Position numbers and translations under genes: made by a program. Positions 36,934 through 47,323 of a stretch of DNA of 64,000 bases are shown here, piece by piece. Numbering within the stretch: the first letter of the stretch is position 1; each line of letters opens with the position of its first letter. Under the pieces are notes generated by a model that worked only from the letters and a program-made list of their open reading frames with translations, was not told the origin of the DNA and did not search any database. The DNA comes from an uncultured delta proteobacterium (GTDB lineage Bacteria; Desulfobacterota; Desulfobacteria; Desulfobacterales; CAVQMW01), in contig CAVQMW010000005.1 in the NCBI GenBank assembly GCA_963713755.1, positions 1,291,074 to 1,355,073 of the forward strand, read 5' to 3'.

Positions 36934-38613
36934 TCATTTCGAAGCGCCTGTTTGGGGAATATGCGGCCTTACCACGGCGAGATACCAGATTCGTTCGGAT
37001 TTCTTGGGATCATAGGGAAAGGTATCCACCACCTCGATGAGGGCGTCTCTGTTGCCCAATAATGGTAAAAGGGACGTTTCCGGCGGGGTTTGGGTAAACA
37101 GGGCAAAGCTGCCCTGCTCCGGCCAGCCGCCGTCCGCTTCGGGCTGCCAGGGACGCACGATCCGCCCGACCTCCCAAATCTGCTTCGGGTTCATGGGGCC
37201 CAGGCTATATAAGGGCAAGTCTTTGATTTGGGGCAAGCTGCCACTGGCCGCCAGGCTGCGAAAATGGGGATTGCCGTGATCGTAGCGCGCGTAATAGGGC
37301 AAGGCGAAAACGGCCAGAAAACAGGAGAGCAGCCCCGGCATGACCACGCTCAGCCGCCAGTTCCGGCAGCGGATGTTGTAGAAGCTGATTCCCGCCAGAA
37401 AGATCAGCCCCGGCACCGCGATGGAAAGCCAGCTCTGATTGGAATCGAAACGATTCTGCCAATCCATCCAAAAACACTCGCCAGCGATGACCATGGCCAG
37501 CAGGCCCAAGAGCAGGTTGGTCCCCTTCACCAGCCGCAAATCCCCGGGGGTGGCACCCAATCGCCCGGCACGAAAAAGGTAGTCCTCCAGATAACCGATC
37601 AGGTAGGCCATGGGGACCATGAGCGGCAGGAGGTAGCGCTCTTTTTTTTCAGGCACCACCGAGAGCAGTACCAGCGCGGAAAGGCACCAGAAGAGCAAAA
37701 ATCGGTATTTGCCAACACCCTCCATCCGCGGGCGCATCCAGGGGACAATCAAAACCGCCACGGCAAAGGGTGCCCACAAGCCGGTATTTACAGGGAATGA
37801 AAGATAGTGCCAAACCGGCTCGATGTGGCGTCCCAGCCATGCTGAAGTCTCCTGCTGGGTGACCGTCAGGGAAAGATCGCCGGCCTGACTCAGCACGTAA
37901 AGGGGCCAGGGGGCCGCCACCAGGATTGCGGTCAGGACCATCAGCAGCACTCCCCACCCATTGGGCCTTTTCGGCCATCGTGCGGGTCGAAGGCCGTAGA
38001 CCAGGCCGCCGGCGATCAGATAGGGCAGCAGCATGCTGTAGAAGGGGACCGGCCCTTTGCTCATAAAGGCCAATCCAAACCCCACGCCGGCCAGCATAAA
38101 GTAACCCCAGGCGCGGCCGGAACTTCTGACGGCCAGGGTCAGCGCCCATATGCCGCCCAGCATGAAGCTGTGGCAGAAGATGTCCCAGCTGCCCCTGCGG
38201 CCCATGCGGATAAAGAGTTGGCAGGTGGCCAAGACAGCGGCGGCCAAAAATGCCGTACGGGGGGTTGTCAGCGTGCGTCCCAGACCGTAACAAAAAAGGA
38301 CCATCAAAGTTGCCGCCAGGGCCGCCGGCAACCGCAAGGCATTCAGATTGTCCAGCCCCCCCATGCGTGCGGAGAGGGCCGTCAACCAGGTGGGCAAGGG
38401 GGGTTTGGCAATCCGTGGTTCGCCGTTCAAGGTGGGAATCAACCAGTTGCCGCTCTCCACAACCTCCCGGGCGCTGATGAAGTTGCGCGCCTCCATGAGG
38501 GAAGGCGACAGCAGATCATTTTGGGTGAAAAGGGTCAGATAGCAAATCAGCGCCAACAGAAGGATTGCCGGCCAAACTCGGGGATAATCGTTGGGGGAGG
38601 GATTCAAGCTCAT
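36934..38613 (-). CDS. GT39-family (ArnT/PMT-like) polyprenyl-phosphate-dependent glycosyltransferase
   Basis: Polytopic, with PRIAKPPLPTWL and a C-terminal soluble domain. Start set to ATG 38613, which forms ATGA with the upstream stop. Confidence 0.8.
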   Translation of the reverse strand: MSLNPSPNDYPRVWPAILLLALICYLTLFTQNDLLSPSLMEARNFISAREVVESGNWLIPTLNGEPRIAKPPLPTWLTALSARMGGLDNLNALRLPAALAATLMVLFCYGLGRTLTTPRTAFLAAAVLATCQLFIRMGRRGSWDIFCHSFMLGGIWALTLAVRSSGRAWGYFMLAGVGFGLAFMSKGPVPFYSMLLPYLIAGGLVYGLRPARWPKRPNGWGVLLMVLTAILVAAPWPLYVLSQAGDLSLTVTQQETSAWLGRHIEPVWHYLSFPVNTGLWAPFAVAVLIVPWMRPRMEGVGKYRFLLFWCLSALVLLSVVPEKKERYLLPLMVPMAYLIGYLEDYLFRAGRLGATPGDLRLVKGTNLLLGLLAMVIAGECFWMDWQNRFDSNQSWLSIAVPGLIFLAGISFYNIRCRNWRLSVVMPGLLSCFLAVFALPYYARYDHGNPHFRSLAASGSLPQIKDLPLYSLGPMNPKQIWEVGRIVRPWQPEADGGWPEQGSFALFTQTPPETSLLPLLGNRDALIEVVDTFPYDPKKSERIWYLAVVRPHIPQTGASK

Positions 38614-40322
38614 GAACCTAAGAACTGGCTCAGGGTTTCGGCCTTCCAAAACCCGATTTGGCGCCCGCGAAAGGGTTGATGGTGCAAGGCGAGCTCTTGG
38701 GGAAAGTAGGGCTCTTCAGGGCGATGGATGAGCAGAAGGTAACCGCTGGGGTTGCCGTGAATCCACTCCATCATGGATTTCGCATCGGCCAGGGCGATGA
38801 GGGGTTGCGCCAAGCGCCCTGAAAAGTGGAACTGCTGCTGAAAGCGTTGGGGGTAAACGGCCACCGGGTATCCGTTTTTTTGGGCGACAGCGGCAAGCCG
38901 GGCACTTTGGGTAACGTCATATCCCTGATGCAGCGGCGTATGCAGGGCAAATTGCAGAGCCGTGAGCATAAGGGTCATGGCCAAAGCGTACTGCAGGGTT
39001 AAAGATTTAAAACTCTTTGCCGGCCGCAGAAGAAAATACCCGCCAATGCCCAAGGGAACCAGGATGGTCCAGGTCGGAAAATAGGCAAAGGGGGCGATAT
39101 CCGGATGGTGGGCTCCCCCAAGCCTGATTCCCAGCATGGCGGCGCCCATCAAGCCAAAGAGCATCCCATTGAGACGGCTCAGACCGATGGGGGGCTCTGC
39201 GACCATAGCGGCCAGCCTGCGTGCGGCAAGCAGGGCCAGGGGCGGAAGAATGGGGATCAGATAGTGGATCTGCTTGCCGCTGATCAGTGAGAGCCCCAAC
39301 AGGGAGAGGCCGGCCCAGATCAAGCAAAAGCGGGTGCCTGGATCACCGGCGAAGCGTTTCAGGTTGCACCATAGGGGCCACTGGCCGATCCAGGGCAGCA
39401 ACACAAGGGGCAGCAGCGGCAGATACCACCAGACCGGCTGGCGGTGGGCAAAAGAACGGGCCATGCGCCCGGCGGTTTGACCCCACAGAATGGCATCACC
39501 GTAGGCCTCTCCGCCAGCCCGGGCCGCGGGCAAGGCCCAGGCCAGGGCCAGGGCCGAAGCGCACAACAGGGCCAGAATAAGGCCGGCATACCACTTCGGC
39601 CAGCTGACGGGTGTCGTGGAGTTCAGCCACCAAGGTGCACTCAGCGCCAGCGGCACTATATAGACCAGGATCACCGGCCCCTTGGTCAGCATTCCCAAGC
39701 CCAGGGCGAGTGCGGCGAGCCCCCATCCCCGCCAAAGGCGCCGATCTTTGACCCACAGCATGCCCAGGGTTGCGCAAAGCACAAAGAAGGTCAGCGGCAT
39801 GTCGAACATGGTCAGAGTGCTGCTCACTGTCCAGAACGGCAGCGCAAGCAATACAAAGGGGACCAGCATCGATACGCCGGGCGCTTGGGGCCACAACCGG
39901 CGCGCCAGCCGGGCACTGAGAACCAGGTTGGCCAATCCGAACAGCGGGGCGACCATGCGGGCCGAGACTTCATTAACCCCGAAAAGCAGCCAAGATAGAT
40001 GGATAGACCAAAACAGCAGGGGCGGTTTATGGCTGTAGGGTACCCCGTTGCTGTGGGGAACCAGAAAATCCCCTTGCTGCCACATCTCCCAGGCGACGGA
40101 GAGATAGCGGGTCTCGTCGATGGGCATCAACGGGCGGCAATGGATGGCGCCGATCAGCATCAGGCCCCACAGCAGGAACCATCCCCGGCTCTGTAGCAGG
40201 GCCATCACCTGCTGATAGGCGCTTTGACGGCCGGGGTTCAAAGTGACGAAAATCTCTGGTGATCCCGGCTGAATCCAGGATTCCGATCTGGACACCGTCA
40301 TTTGCTGAAACACCTCTCTCAT
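38610..40322 (-). CDS. GT39-family (ArnT/PMT-like) glycosyltransferase, second copy
   Basis: DETRYLSVAWEMWQQGDFLVPHSNGVPYSHKPPLLFW is an ArnT-type motif. ATG 40205 is an alternative start. Confidence 0.85.
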   Translation of the reverse strand: MREVFQQMTVSRSESWIQPGSPEIFVTLNPGRQSAYQQVMALLQSRGWFLLWGLMLIGAIHCRPLMPIDETRYLSVAWEMWQQGDFLVPHSNGVPYSHKPPLLFWSIHLSWLLFGVNEVSARMVAPLFGLANLVLSARLARRLWPQAPGVSMLVPFVLLALPFWTVSSTLTMFDMPLTFFVLCATLGMLWVKDRRLWRGWGLAALALGLGMLTKGPVILVYIVPLALSAPWWLNSTTPVSWPKWYAGLILALLCASALALAWALPAARAGGEAYGDAILWGQTAGRMARSFAHRQPVWWYLPLLPLVLLPWIGQWPLWCNLKRFAGDPGTRFCLIWAGLSLLGLSLISGKQIHYLIPILPPLALLAARRLAAMVAEPPIGLSRLNGMLFGLMGAAMLGIRLGGAHHPDIAPFAYFPTWTILVPLGIGGYFLLRPAKSFKSLTLQYALAMTLMLTALQFALHTPLHQGYDVTQSARLAAVAQKNGYPVAVYPQRFQQQFHFSGRLAQPLIALADAKSMMEWIHGNPSGYLLLIHRPEEPYFPQELALHHQPFRGRQIGFWKAETLSQFLGS

Positions 40323-40867
40323 GCTCTGATGTCGCAGATTTTTTAGTTCCTAGAAGTGTAGGGCCACGCCCACATAGCCGCCGAAGGCGGCGTAGTCATC
40401 AATTGTCGCCTTTTGATTGGAAACCGTATCAGATCAAGGTTATCCCAACCTTATCGAAAGATTATGATTTGATAATGTTTGAAAGAAACAGTCCTGACCG
40501 GTTTGCAAATCGTCACCGACCGCCACCAATTTGCGGGGGCAGGCTCCGCCCCCCTTTGTCAGGAAAGATGACGCCGAAGCGGCGATATCGACTATTCGCT
40601 ATCCGTCAAACAGGTACGCTTCGATTGCTTTGAGGCGGGCGGATTGCATCCATGGCTCTGCCGGTGGGAGGACGCCGCGGATATTTCTTTTAATGATACT
40701 GCGAGGGGCGCTGGCTATGATATTGCTCCGGCGATTAAATACCTGAACCTACGTCATTCTGGCCAACGCCAGGCACGCAGTATAGCTTTAGCGCTATCCA
40801 GGATTTAAAACTGGGTGCCGGATCTAGTCCGGCATGACGTATGTGGCGTACAAAATTGCCGGGTTAA

Positions 40868-42277
40868 TCATGCAGGCTGGGGGAGTGCGACCGTGAAACA
40901 GCTTCCTTCTTCGATCTGGCTGGTAACGTTGATGGTGCCCTTCAAGGCATGGGCGATGGCACGGGCCAGGCTCAGCCCCAAGCCGCTTCCCGGTTTGGAG
41001 CGGCTCTGGTCGACCCGGTAGAAGCGGTCGAAAATGTGGGGTAATTCATCCGGGGGGATTCCGCAGCCGGTATCGGTCACGCTTATCAGCACGTGCTGGG
41101 GCGCGGCCTCGGCGCGTATGGTAACGGCGCCCCCTGAAGGGGTGTATTTGATGGCGTTGTCAATCAGATTGTACACCAGCCGCTGGAGCTGCGGCCGGTT
41201 GGATTGAACCACCACGCCTTCCGTCATCTGCAGGGTGATTTCAATCCCCTGTTCATGGGCCAGGGTTTCAAATAGGTCGCAGGCGCTCCGCAGTATCTGA
41301 TTGAGGTCAACTTGCTGCAAGTCGAATTTATTCACCCCGGCTTCGATTTCAGTCAAATCGAGCATGGTATTGATGATTCGGATCAAGCTGTCGCACTCTT
41401 CAATGGTATTTTCGGCTGCCTGGGCAGGGGTGACCGCCTGGGTGGTGCTGATCAGACTCATTTCGGCGATTCCGCGGATACGGGAGAGGGGGCTGCGCAG
41501 GTCGTGGGCGATATTTTCCGTCACCTCCTGCATCCGGTGGATGAGATCCTCGATTCGATCCAGCATCAGGTTAAAGGTGTCGGCAAGGTGCCGGATTTCG
41601 CGGCATTGGTTTGCGGTGGCCACTCTTTCTTGGAGGTTGCCCTGGGATATCTTTTGCGCGGTATGGGTGACCCGGGAGATGCCGGACAATGCCCGGCGCG
41701 CCATGAACAATCCGCTGACCCCGGCGGCCACAATGGAAACGCCGATGACCCACAAGAACAACTTCCGGAAAATTGCGAGATAGTGTTGGGCGGATTTCAT
41801 GGTTTGCCCATGCTGGAATATCAATCCGGGGCCGAGATGGGCCGCGATGACGCGGTCCCTGTATGGGCGTCCGGGGATATCCAAATTTTCGATAAGGGGC
41901 GGCCCGCCCGGAGTTCCGCCTGCCAAGTAGCGATCAATGGAAAAGGGGATCGGTCCCCAAGCGCCCATATCCGTGGATGCCAATAAGCGGCCCTGGGCGT
42001 CATACAGCCGATAAAAAACTTCTTTTGTATTTTCACCGAACCCTTCTTCCTTAATTTCGTTTACGACACCGGCCACGCCATCTTCATCAAAGGTATAAAC
42101 AAATTCTTTCAATTCTTCGTGAAGGGTGACATCCACGTTATCAAGGCTGATGGATGACAACTTAAAGTAGAACGCCGCAAAGGCGATAACCGAAAAAAGA
42201 AGCGCGATGGCGGCGTATCCCACGCTAAGGCGAAACAGGAGGGAATTAAGTATATTGTGATCGATCTTCAAAAACAT
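40868..42277 (-). CDS. sensor histidine kinase (TM-periplasmic-HAMP-HisKA-HATPase)
   Basis: H-box IAHDLRSPLSRI and G-boxes GSGLGLSLARAI. ATG 42277 is preferred over the track GTG at 42286. It overlaps the regulator gene's 3' end. Confidence 0.9.
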   Translation of the reverse strand: MFLKIDHNILNSLLFRLSVGYAAIALLFSVIAFAAFYFKLSSISLDNVDVTLHEELKEFVYTFDEDGVAGVVNEIKEEGFGENTKEVFYRLYDAQGRLLASTDMGAWGPIPFSIDRYLAGGTPGGPPLIENLDIPGRPYRDRVIAAHLGPGLIFQHGQTMKSAQHYLAIFRKLFLWVIGVSIVAAGVSGLFMARRALSGISRVTHTAQKISQGNLQERVATANQCREIRHLADTFNLMLDRIEDLIHRMQEVTENIAHDLRSPLSRIRGIAEMSLISTTQAVTPAQAAENTIEECDSLIRIINTMLDLTEIEAGVNKFDLQQVDLNQILRSACDLFETLAHEQGIEITLQMTEGVVVQSNRPQLQRLVYNLIDNAIKYTPSGGAVTIRAEAAPQHVLISVTDTGCGIPPDELPHIFDRFYRVDQSRSKPGSGLGLSLARAIAHALKGTINVTSQIEEGSCFTVALPQPA

Positions 42278-42932
42278 ATCCGACACCTCTGATGGTATGG
42301 ATCAATTTTGGAGTATAGTCTTTGTCGATTTTATCCCGCAGATAGGAGATCCGGGACTCAACCACATTGGTTTCCGGATTGAAATCGTACTCCCAGACAT
42401 TTTCCATGATCATGGTTTTGGAAACAATCTGGCCGCCGTTGCGCATCAAATAGACTAGCAGTTTGAATTCCAGGGGCTGCAGCTCAATGGCATTCTCTCC
42501 CCGGGTAGCTTTGCGGCGCGATAAATCAACTGTCAGGTTGGAAACCGTCAGGACAGAGGATTCAAGCCCGGGATTGGCTCTGCGCAACAAGGCTTTGAGG
42601 CGGGCCAGCAACTCGGCAAAGGAAAAAGGTTTGGTCAAATAGTCATCGGCACCGATCTCCAGGCCTTCGATGCGCTCATTCAGCGATCGCCGTGCACTGA
42701 GGATGAGTACCGGGGTTCGATCCTTCCGCGAGCGAATACTTTTAATCAAGGTCAAGCCATCCAATTTCGGCAACATGAGATCCACGATGGCGGCATCGTA
42801 TTTATAGTTCAAGGCCATATACAAGCCTGATTCACCATCGGCCAGATGATCCACCACGAATCCGGCTTCCTGCAGACCGTTTTTCACGAAAAACGCAATT
42901 TTCAGGTCATCCTCAACAAAAAGTATCTTCAT
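42246..42932 (-). CDS. OmpR-family response regulator
   Basis: MKILFVEDD..AAIVDLMLPKLDG, with the winged helix IHTIRGVGYVF. Confidence 0.92.
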   Translation of the reverse strand: MKILFVEDDLKIAFFVKNGLQEAGFVVDHLADGESGLYMALNYKYDAAIVDLMLPKLDGLTLIKSIRSRKDRTPVLILSARRSLNERIEGLEIGADDYLTKPFSFAELLARLKALLRRANPGLESSVLTVSNLTVDLSRRKATRGENAIELQPLEFKLLVYLMRNGGQIVSKTMIMENVWEYDFNPETNVVESRISYLRDKIDKDYTPKLIHTIRGVGYVFEDRSQYT

Positions 42933-43246
42933 CGGAGCCTCTGGGCTTTTTCTTTTGAGAATGGGTTCAGCATGACCGATTTTCCCGGGGTCAATCCCCT
43001 ATTCAACCCCTTTAACACCCAGAAATATTACCAACAAGTTATCATTTCATAACCTTGGGGACCGGGGGCTTTGGGAGTTACCGCGTTGACTTGGAAAGCG
43101 AGGAGCAGAGGCGACGAACATCTTGCGACAATAGGCGAAGCGGGATGGCGCGGATCGAGAAAGGCAGATAGGAAGCACCCCTGGTGGCTGATCATCGCAC
43201 GCGCTTGACACATGGAGGGTTCGGTTACATGCCGAGTTTATCGGCT

Positions 43247-44794
43247 TCAGGCGTCTTTGCTTACACTGGGAAATCGGTCGGGGTCGGTGTGGGGCAGAAA
43301 TTTGGCCGCTGAAAAGCGGTTCATGAACTCTTGGTTGACGTTGAGCTCCAGGTAGGTGATTTGATCCCGGAGGGTGTAGATATCGTCAATCCGTTGCGGG
43401 TCGAGCAGGAGTTGCGCGGCGCCTTCCAGGGAACTGTTGCCCAACACCTGAAAGCGCTCCAGGGGCAGGTCGGGAAGCATGCCGATGGTGATGGCGGCGC
43501 TGGGGTCGATCAGGGATCCGAAGGTGCCGGCCACGTAGAAGGTCTCGATATCGCCGAGTTGCAGGCCCACGGAACTCACCAGGGTTTCCAGAATGGTGTA
43601 CATGGCGGCCTTGGAGCGGATCAGGCTGTCCAGGTCGGGCTGACACAGGGTCAACTCCCGGCCGGTTGCCGATTGTTCGGCGGCCACCACTTGCAGCCCA
43701 TGGAGCCCGTTGTGGGAGAGGAACCGGGTACCGCAGGCCTCGGGCACCAGTTTGCCGCGGATGTCCAGCATGCCCGCCTTGAACAGCTCGGCGGCCAGTT
43801 CGATCACTCCCGAGCCGCAGATGCCCCGGGGAGGTTGGTCGCCGATGGTTTGAAAGCGGAACTCCCGGGTGTCGGGGTCGATGCGCACCCGCTCGATGAC
43901 GCCGGGGGCGGCAGGCATGCCGATCTTGCTCACGCCGCCCTCCAGGGCCGGACCGGCGGCTCCGGCGCAGGCGATGAGCCAGTTGCGGTTGCCCAGCACC
44001 ACTTCGGCATTGGTGCCCACGTCCACCAGCAGGGCGGTCTCCTCCCGGGTGTGCATTCCGGAAAACAGGACCCCGGCGATCAGATCCCCGCCAAAGTAGC
44101 TGCCCACATTGGGAAAGACGCGCAGCGGGGCGTCCGGCTGGATCGCCAGATTCAGCTCGGCGGCCCGAATCACCGGCGGCCGGTTCACCACGGGGATATA
44201 GGGTTCGCGAATGATTCTTTGGGGAGGGAGACCCAGAAAAAGGTGGGTCATGGCGGTGTTGCCGGCCAGGGTCATGGCCCAGACATCTTCGGGACGACCG
44301 CCGGACTCGCTGCAAAGCCGGCGGATGTTGGCGTTGAAACCTTCGATAATGAGGGTCTGCAGCTCCCTCAGACCCCCGGGCCGATCGGTGAAGTGGATGC
44401 GGGCCAGCACGTCGGGCGCCACCCGGCTCTGGGGGTTATCAAAGGCCGCCTCGCCCACCACCGTCAACTGCGCCAGGCCCACCAGGCGGATCACCACCCG
44501 GGTGGTTCCCAAGTCCACGGCCAGGCCCCACACCGGGCGCGGGTCCCTTGCCGGCAGGACCTGCAACAGGCTGGCTCCCCGGGACCTGGGCGCTACAATG
44601 CAGCGCACCTGCCATTGACTTTGGCGCAGGATCGCCGGCAAGGTTTTTAACAGTGGATAAGCGATACGCAGAGGCGCGCCAACCCCGGCCCGCTCCAGGG
44701 CCTGCCTCAGACGCTCCGCGTCGGCGGTGTTGTCTTCGAGGGAGGGCGGCGCGAGCTCTAAATCGATCACCCAGGGAGAACCGTGAGGCCTCAT
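43247..44794 (-). CDS. ASKHA-fold DUF4445 protein (RACo/RamA-like corrinoid reductive activase core, no Fe-S domain)
   Basis: GLAVDLGTTRVV, LAGNTAMTHLFLG, LLVDVGTNAEVVLG, ICGSGVIEL and AGTFGS blocks. No Cys cluster. ATG 44794 forms ATGA with the sirtuin stop. Confidence 0.8.
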   Translation of the reverse strand: MRPHGSPWVIDLELAPPSLEDNTADAERLRQALERAGVGAPLRIAYPLLKTLPAILRQSQWQVRCIVAPRSRGASLLQVLPARDPRPVWGLAVDLGTTRVVIRLVGLAQLTVVGEAAFDNPQSRVAPDVLARIHFTDRPGGLRELQTLIIEGFNANIRRLCSESGGRPEDVWAMTLAGNTAMTHLFLGLPPQRIIREPYIPVVNRPPVIRAAELNLAIQPDAPLRVFPNVGSYFGGDLIAGVLFSGMHTREETALLVDVGTNAEVVLGNRNWLIACAGAAGPALEGGVSKIGMPAAPGVIERVRIDPDTREFRFQTIGDQPPRGICGSGVIELAAELFKAGMLDIRGKLVPEACGTRFLSHNGLHGLQVVAAEQSATGRELTLCQPDLDSLIRSKAAMYTILETLVSSVGLQLGDIETFYVAGTFGSLIDPSAAITIGMLPDLPLERFQVLGNSSLEGAAQLLLDPQRIDDIYTLRDQITYLELNVNQEFMNRFSAAKFLPHTDPDRFPSVSKDA

Positions 44795-45546
44795 GGGCAC
44801 GCCCCGGCTATCCGGCTCAATATCTCCCCGGCGCCGCCTTGGATCAGGTAATGGCTGGTGCCCTGGGTCAGGGGGGTGGCCTCGGGGTTGATTTCAATGA
44901 TTGTGGCGCCCGCGGCCCGGGCCATGGCGGGCAGGCTGGCGGCGGGCTGCACTACGGCCGAAGTGCCGATGACCAGCATCAGGTCGCAGGTGGCCACGAT
45001 CTCTTGGCAGCGTGCCAGAGGGGTGAAGGGGATCAGCTCTCCGAACAGCACGCAGTCCGGCCGCCATAACCCTCCGCAGGGGCAGCGCGGGGGCAGCTCG
45101 TCCAGGACCAATTCCCGGCTGGGCAGGGTCCGACCGCAGGAATCACAGCGCTGCCAGGCGAAGTTGCCGTGAAATTCGATCACATCCGTGTTGCCGGCGG
45201 CCTGGTGCAGGCCATCCACATTCTGGGTGATGACGGTTTTCAGCCGGCCCAGTTCTTCCAGGCGCGCCAACCCGAGATGGCCGGCGCTGGGGCGGGCCTG
45301 GTCCAGAACGGTTTTCATTTCTAGAAACAGAACCTGCCATACTTTCTTAGGGTTCCGCTGAAAGGCCTGAATGGTGGCGTATTCCATGGGGTCGATGCGT
45401 TCCCAGACGCCGCCTTTGCCGCGAAAGGGCGGAATGCCGCTTTCCGAGGAAATGCCCGCCCCGGTGAGAGCCACGGCGTGGCGGGCGCGGGTCAGGTCGC
45501 GAACCGCACGTTCAATGTTGTCTGTGGGAGGTACTGAAGAACTCAT
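44791..45546 (-). CDS. cobB: NAD-dependent protein deacylase (Sir2/CobB family)
   Basis: [22 protein letters not shown], the Zn ribbon CDSCG..CPCGG and the catalytic His in EFHGN. Start trimmed to ATG 45546. Confidence 0.9.
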   Translation of the reverse strand: MSSSVPPTDNIERAVRDLTRARHAVALTGAGISSESGIPPFRGKGGVWERIDPMEYATIQAFQRNPKKVWQVLFLEMKTVLDQARPSAGHLGLARLEELGRLKTVITQNVDGLHQAAGNTDVIEFHGNFAWQRCDSCGRTLPSRELVLDELPPRCPCGGLWRPDCVLFGELIPFTPLARCQEIVATCDLMLVIGTSAVVQPAASLPAMARAAGATIIEINPEATPLTQGTSHYLIQGGAGEILSRIAGACP

Positions 45547-45598
45547 GGGGCGTTTGTGCGGAGCTGAATTTTGAAAAGGTTGCCTTGTGGGCCGGGGT

Positions 45599-46438
45599 CT
45601 ACAATTCGAACACCATGCCCGCGCCCACCACACAGCACTCCATGGCGCTGCCGGTGGAGGCGATGATCTGTTTACAGCGCGCGAGAATTTCGTCCACCTG
45701 GTCGTCGGTGCGTTCCTGGTTCATATGAAACAGCCCAAAGGTTTTGACCTGGGCCTCGAGGGCCAGGTTGAGGGCATCGGTATAAGCCGAGTGGCCCCAG
45801 AGAATCTGCTGTTCATACTCTTCGGGGGTGTACTCGGCGTCATGAAAGAGCAGATCCGCGCCGGTGGCGAATTCGAGATAGTCCGCATAGGGCCGGCCCC
45901 CGGGATGGACATAGCCCAGTTCATTGTCGGTGAGAAAGACAAACACCTTACCGTCTTCGATGAACTTATACCCGCTGCCCTGATTGGGATGGCTCAAAGG
46001 GATGGGAATCACCCGCATGGATCCGATGGAAAAGGCCGCCGGGTCGCCGGCTTCATACACCAGCTGGGCCCGCAGTTCGGTGTAGCGTACCGGAAAATTT
46101 GGGGGCGTCATCACCTTGGTGATCATGTTCTCCATGAACATTTTGGGAAACGGGCAGCGGTGCATATGGAACCGCGATTCCCGCAGATAGAGGGGCTTGA
46201 AAAAGGGGTAGCCCATGAGGTGGTCCCAGTGGGCGTGGGTGATGATGAAATGGTAGGTATGGCCTTGTTCGTGAATCAGCTTGTTGCCCAGTTGGCGGAT
46301 GCCGGTGCCGGCGTCCACGATCACGATCTCACCGCTGCGGGTGCGGATTTCCAGACAGGTGGTATCGCCGCCGTATTTTTGAAATTGAGGGCCGGATACG
46401 GGAATGGACCCCCGGGAGCCCCAGCAGGTAATCCGCAT
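45599..46438 (-). CDS. MBL-fold metallo-hydrolase
   Basis: MRITCWGSRGS..HFIITHAHWDH motif. Start trimmed to ATG 46438. Confidence 0.8.
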   Translation of the reverse strand: MRITCWGSRGSIPVSGPQFQKYGGDTTCLEIRTRSGEIVIVDAGTGIRQLGNKLIHEQGHTYHFIITHAHWDHLMGYPFFKPLYLRESRFHMHRCPFPKMFMENMITKVMTPPNFPVRYTELRAQLVYEAGDPAAFSIGSMRVIPIPLSHPNQGSGYKFIEDGKVFVFLTDNELGYVHPGGRPYADYLEFATGADLLFHDAEYTPEEYEQQILWGHSAYTDALNLALEAQVKTFGLFHMNQERTDDQVDEILARCKQIIASTGSAMECCVVGAGMVFEL

Positions 46439-46442
46439 GGCG

Positions 46443-47270
46443 TTAGATGATCTCCCCGTAAAAGGTGTGCCAAATGCCGTCCTGCTCCCAGCGCCGCAGA
46501 ATGCGGGCGCCCTGCTCGGACAGCCGGTCATGGATCTTGCGCGCCTCGCTTCGCATCAGTCCCGAGAGGATGAAGCGTTGCCCGGGGGCACGCTTCCAGG
46601 CGGCAAGGATCCGTTCCATGACCGCAAAATGAATGTTGGCCACCAGCAACTCGAAATGGCCCTGTACAAAGGTTTCCGCGCTGCCCTGAACCGCCAGGAC
46701 TTGGCGCTCCAGATGGTTGCGGCGGATATTGGCTAAGGTGGTCTGGGCCGCCAGGTAATTGTTGTCTACTGCCAGCACCCGCCGGCAACCCAGTTTGGCG
46801 GCCGCCAGGGCCAGCAGGCCGGTGCCTGTGCCCAAATCCAGCACCGTGGCCGGGGGTCGAAGAGTGCAGACCAACTCCAGGGCTCCCAGGCAATCCCGGG
46901 TGGTGGCGTGGGTTCCGGTCCCGAACACCATGCCTGGATCGAGTATCAGTGCATGCCGCGGCGCGCCCTGAGATCCGGGGGCCGCGGGCATCATCCAGGG
47001 CGGGGTGATCTGAAACGAACCTAAGCGCATGGATGCCGGCTGGGCGCCCTGCCATTGTTCGTAGCTCATCTCGTAGTAGTCCACCAACGTCGCTTGGGGA
47101 TGGTCTCGTAGCAGCCGCGCCATGGCCGGGCCGGAGGCCTGGCTAAAAAAAACGAAGGAGTCCCCCCCTTCGCGCCAGGTGCCCAGATAGGCCGGATCCG
47201 GGGAGCCCAGGGGAGCGATGTCGCCTTCCAGGTAGTATATGTGCAGATCCTGGTAGGGTGATTGCGCCAT
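46443..47270 (-). CDS. prmA: ribosomal protein L11 methyltransferase
   Basis: LDPGMVFGTGTHATT and VLDLGTGTGLLALAAAKLG. Start trimmed to ATG 47270 to avoid overlapping the upstream gene. Confidence 0.85.
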   Translation of the reverse strand: MAQSPYQDLHIYYLEGDIAPLGSPDPAYLGTWREGGDSFVFFSQASGPAMARLLRDHPQATLVDYYEMSYEQWQGAQPASMRLGSFQITPPWMMPAAPGSQGAPRHALILDPGMVFGTGTHATTRDCLGALELVCTLRPPATVLDLGTGTGLLALAAAKLGCRRVLAVDNNYLAAQTTLANIRRNHLERQVLAVQGSAETFVQGHFELLVANIHFAVMERILAAWKRAPGQRFILSGLMRSEARKIHDRLSEQGARILRRWEQDGIWHTFYGEII

Positions 47271-47323
47271 CGGCCGCAAAAGGCTTTGGGCGGGGGGTGA
47301 GGGGACTAAAGCTTGACTATTCA

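Noticed and set aside
40349-40432. Outer-membrane-protein-like C-terminus (..DDYAAFGGYVGVALHF stop) on the minus strand
   Set aside because: The frame is closed by a TGA only 27 codons upstream, with no start or signal peptide. At best it is a tiny gene remnant, which is too little evidence to call.
43331-44650. 439-aa plus-strand and 309-aa minus-strand alternative-frame ORFs over the ASKHA gene
   Set aside because: Only the 517-aa minus frame carries the ASKHA/DUF4445 phosphate and adenosine motifs.
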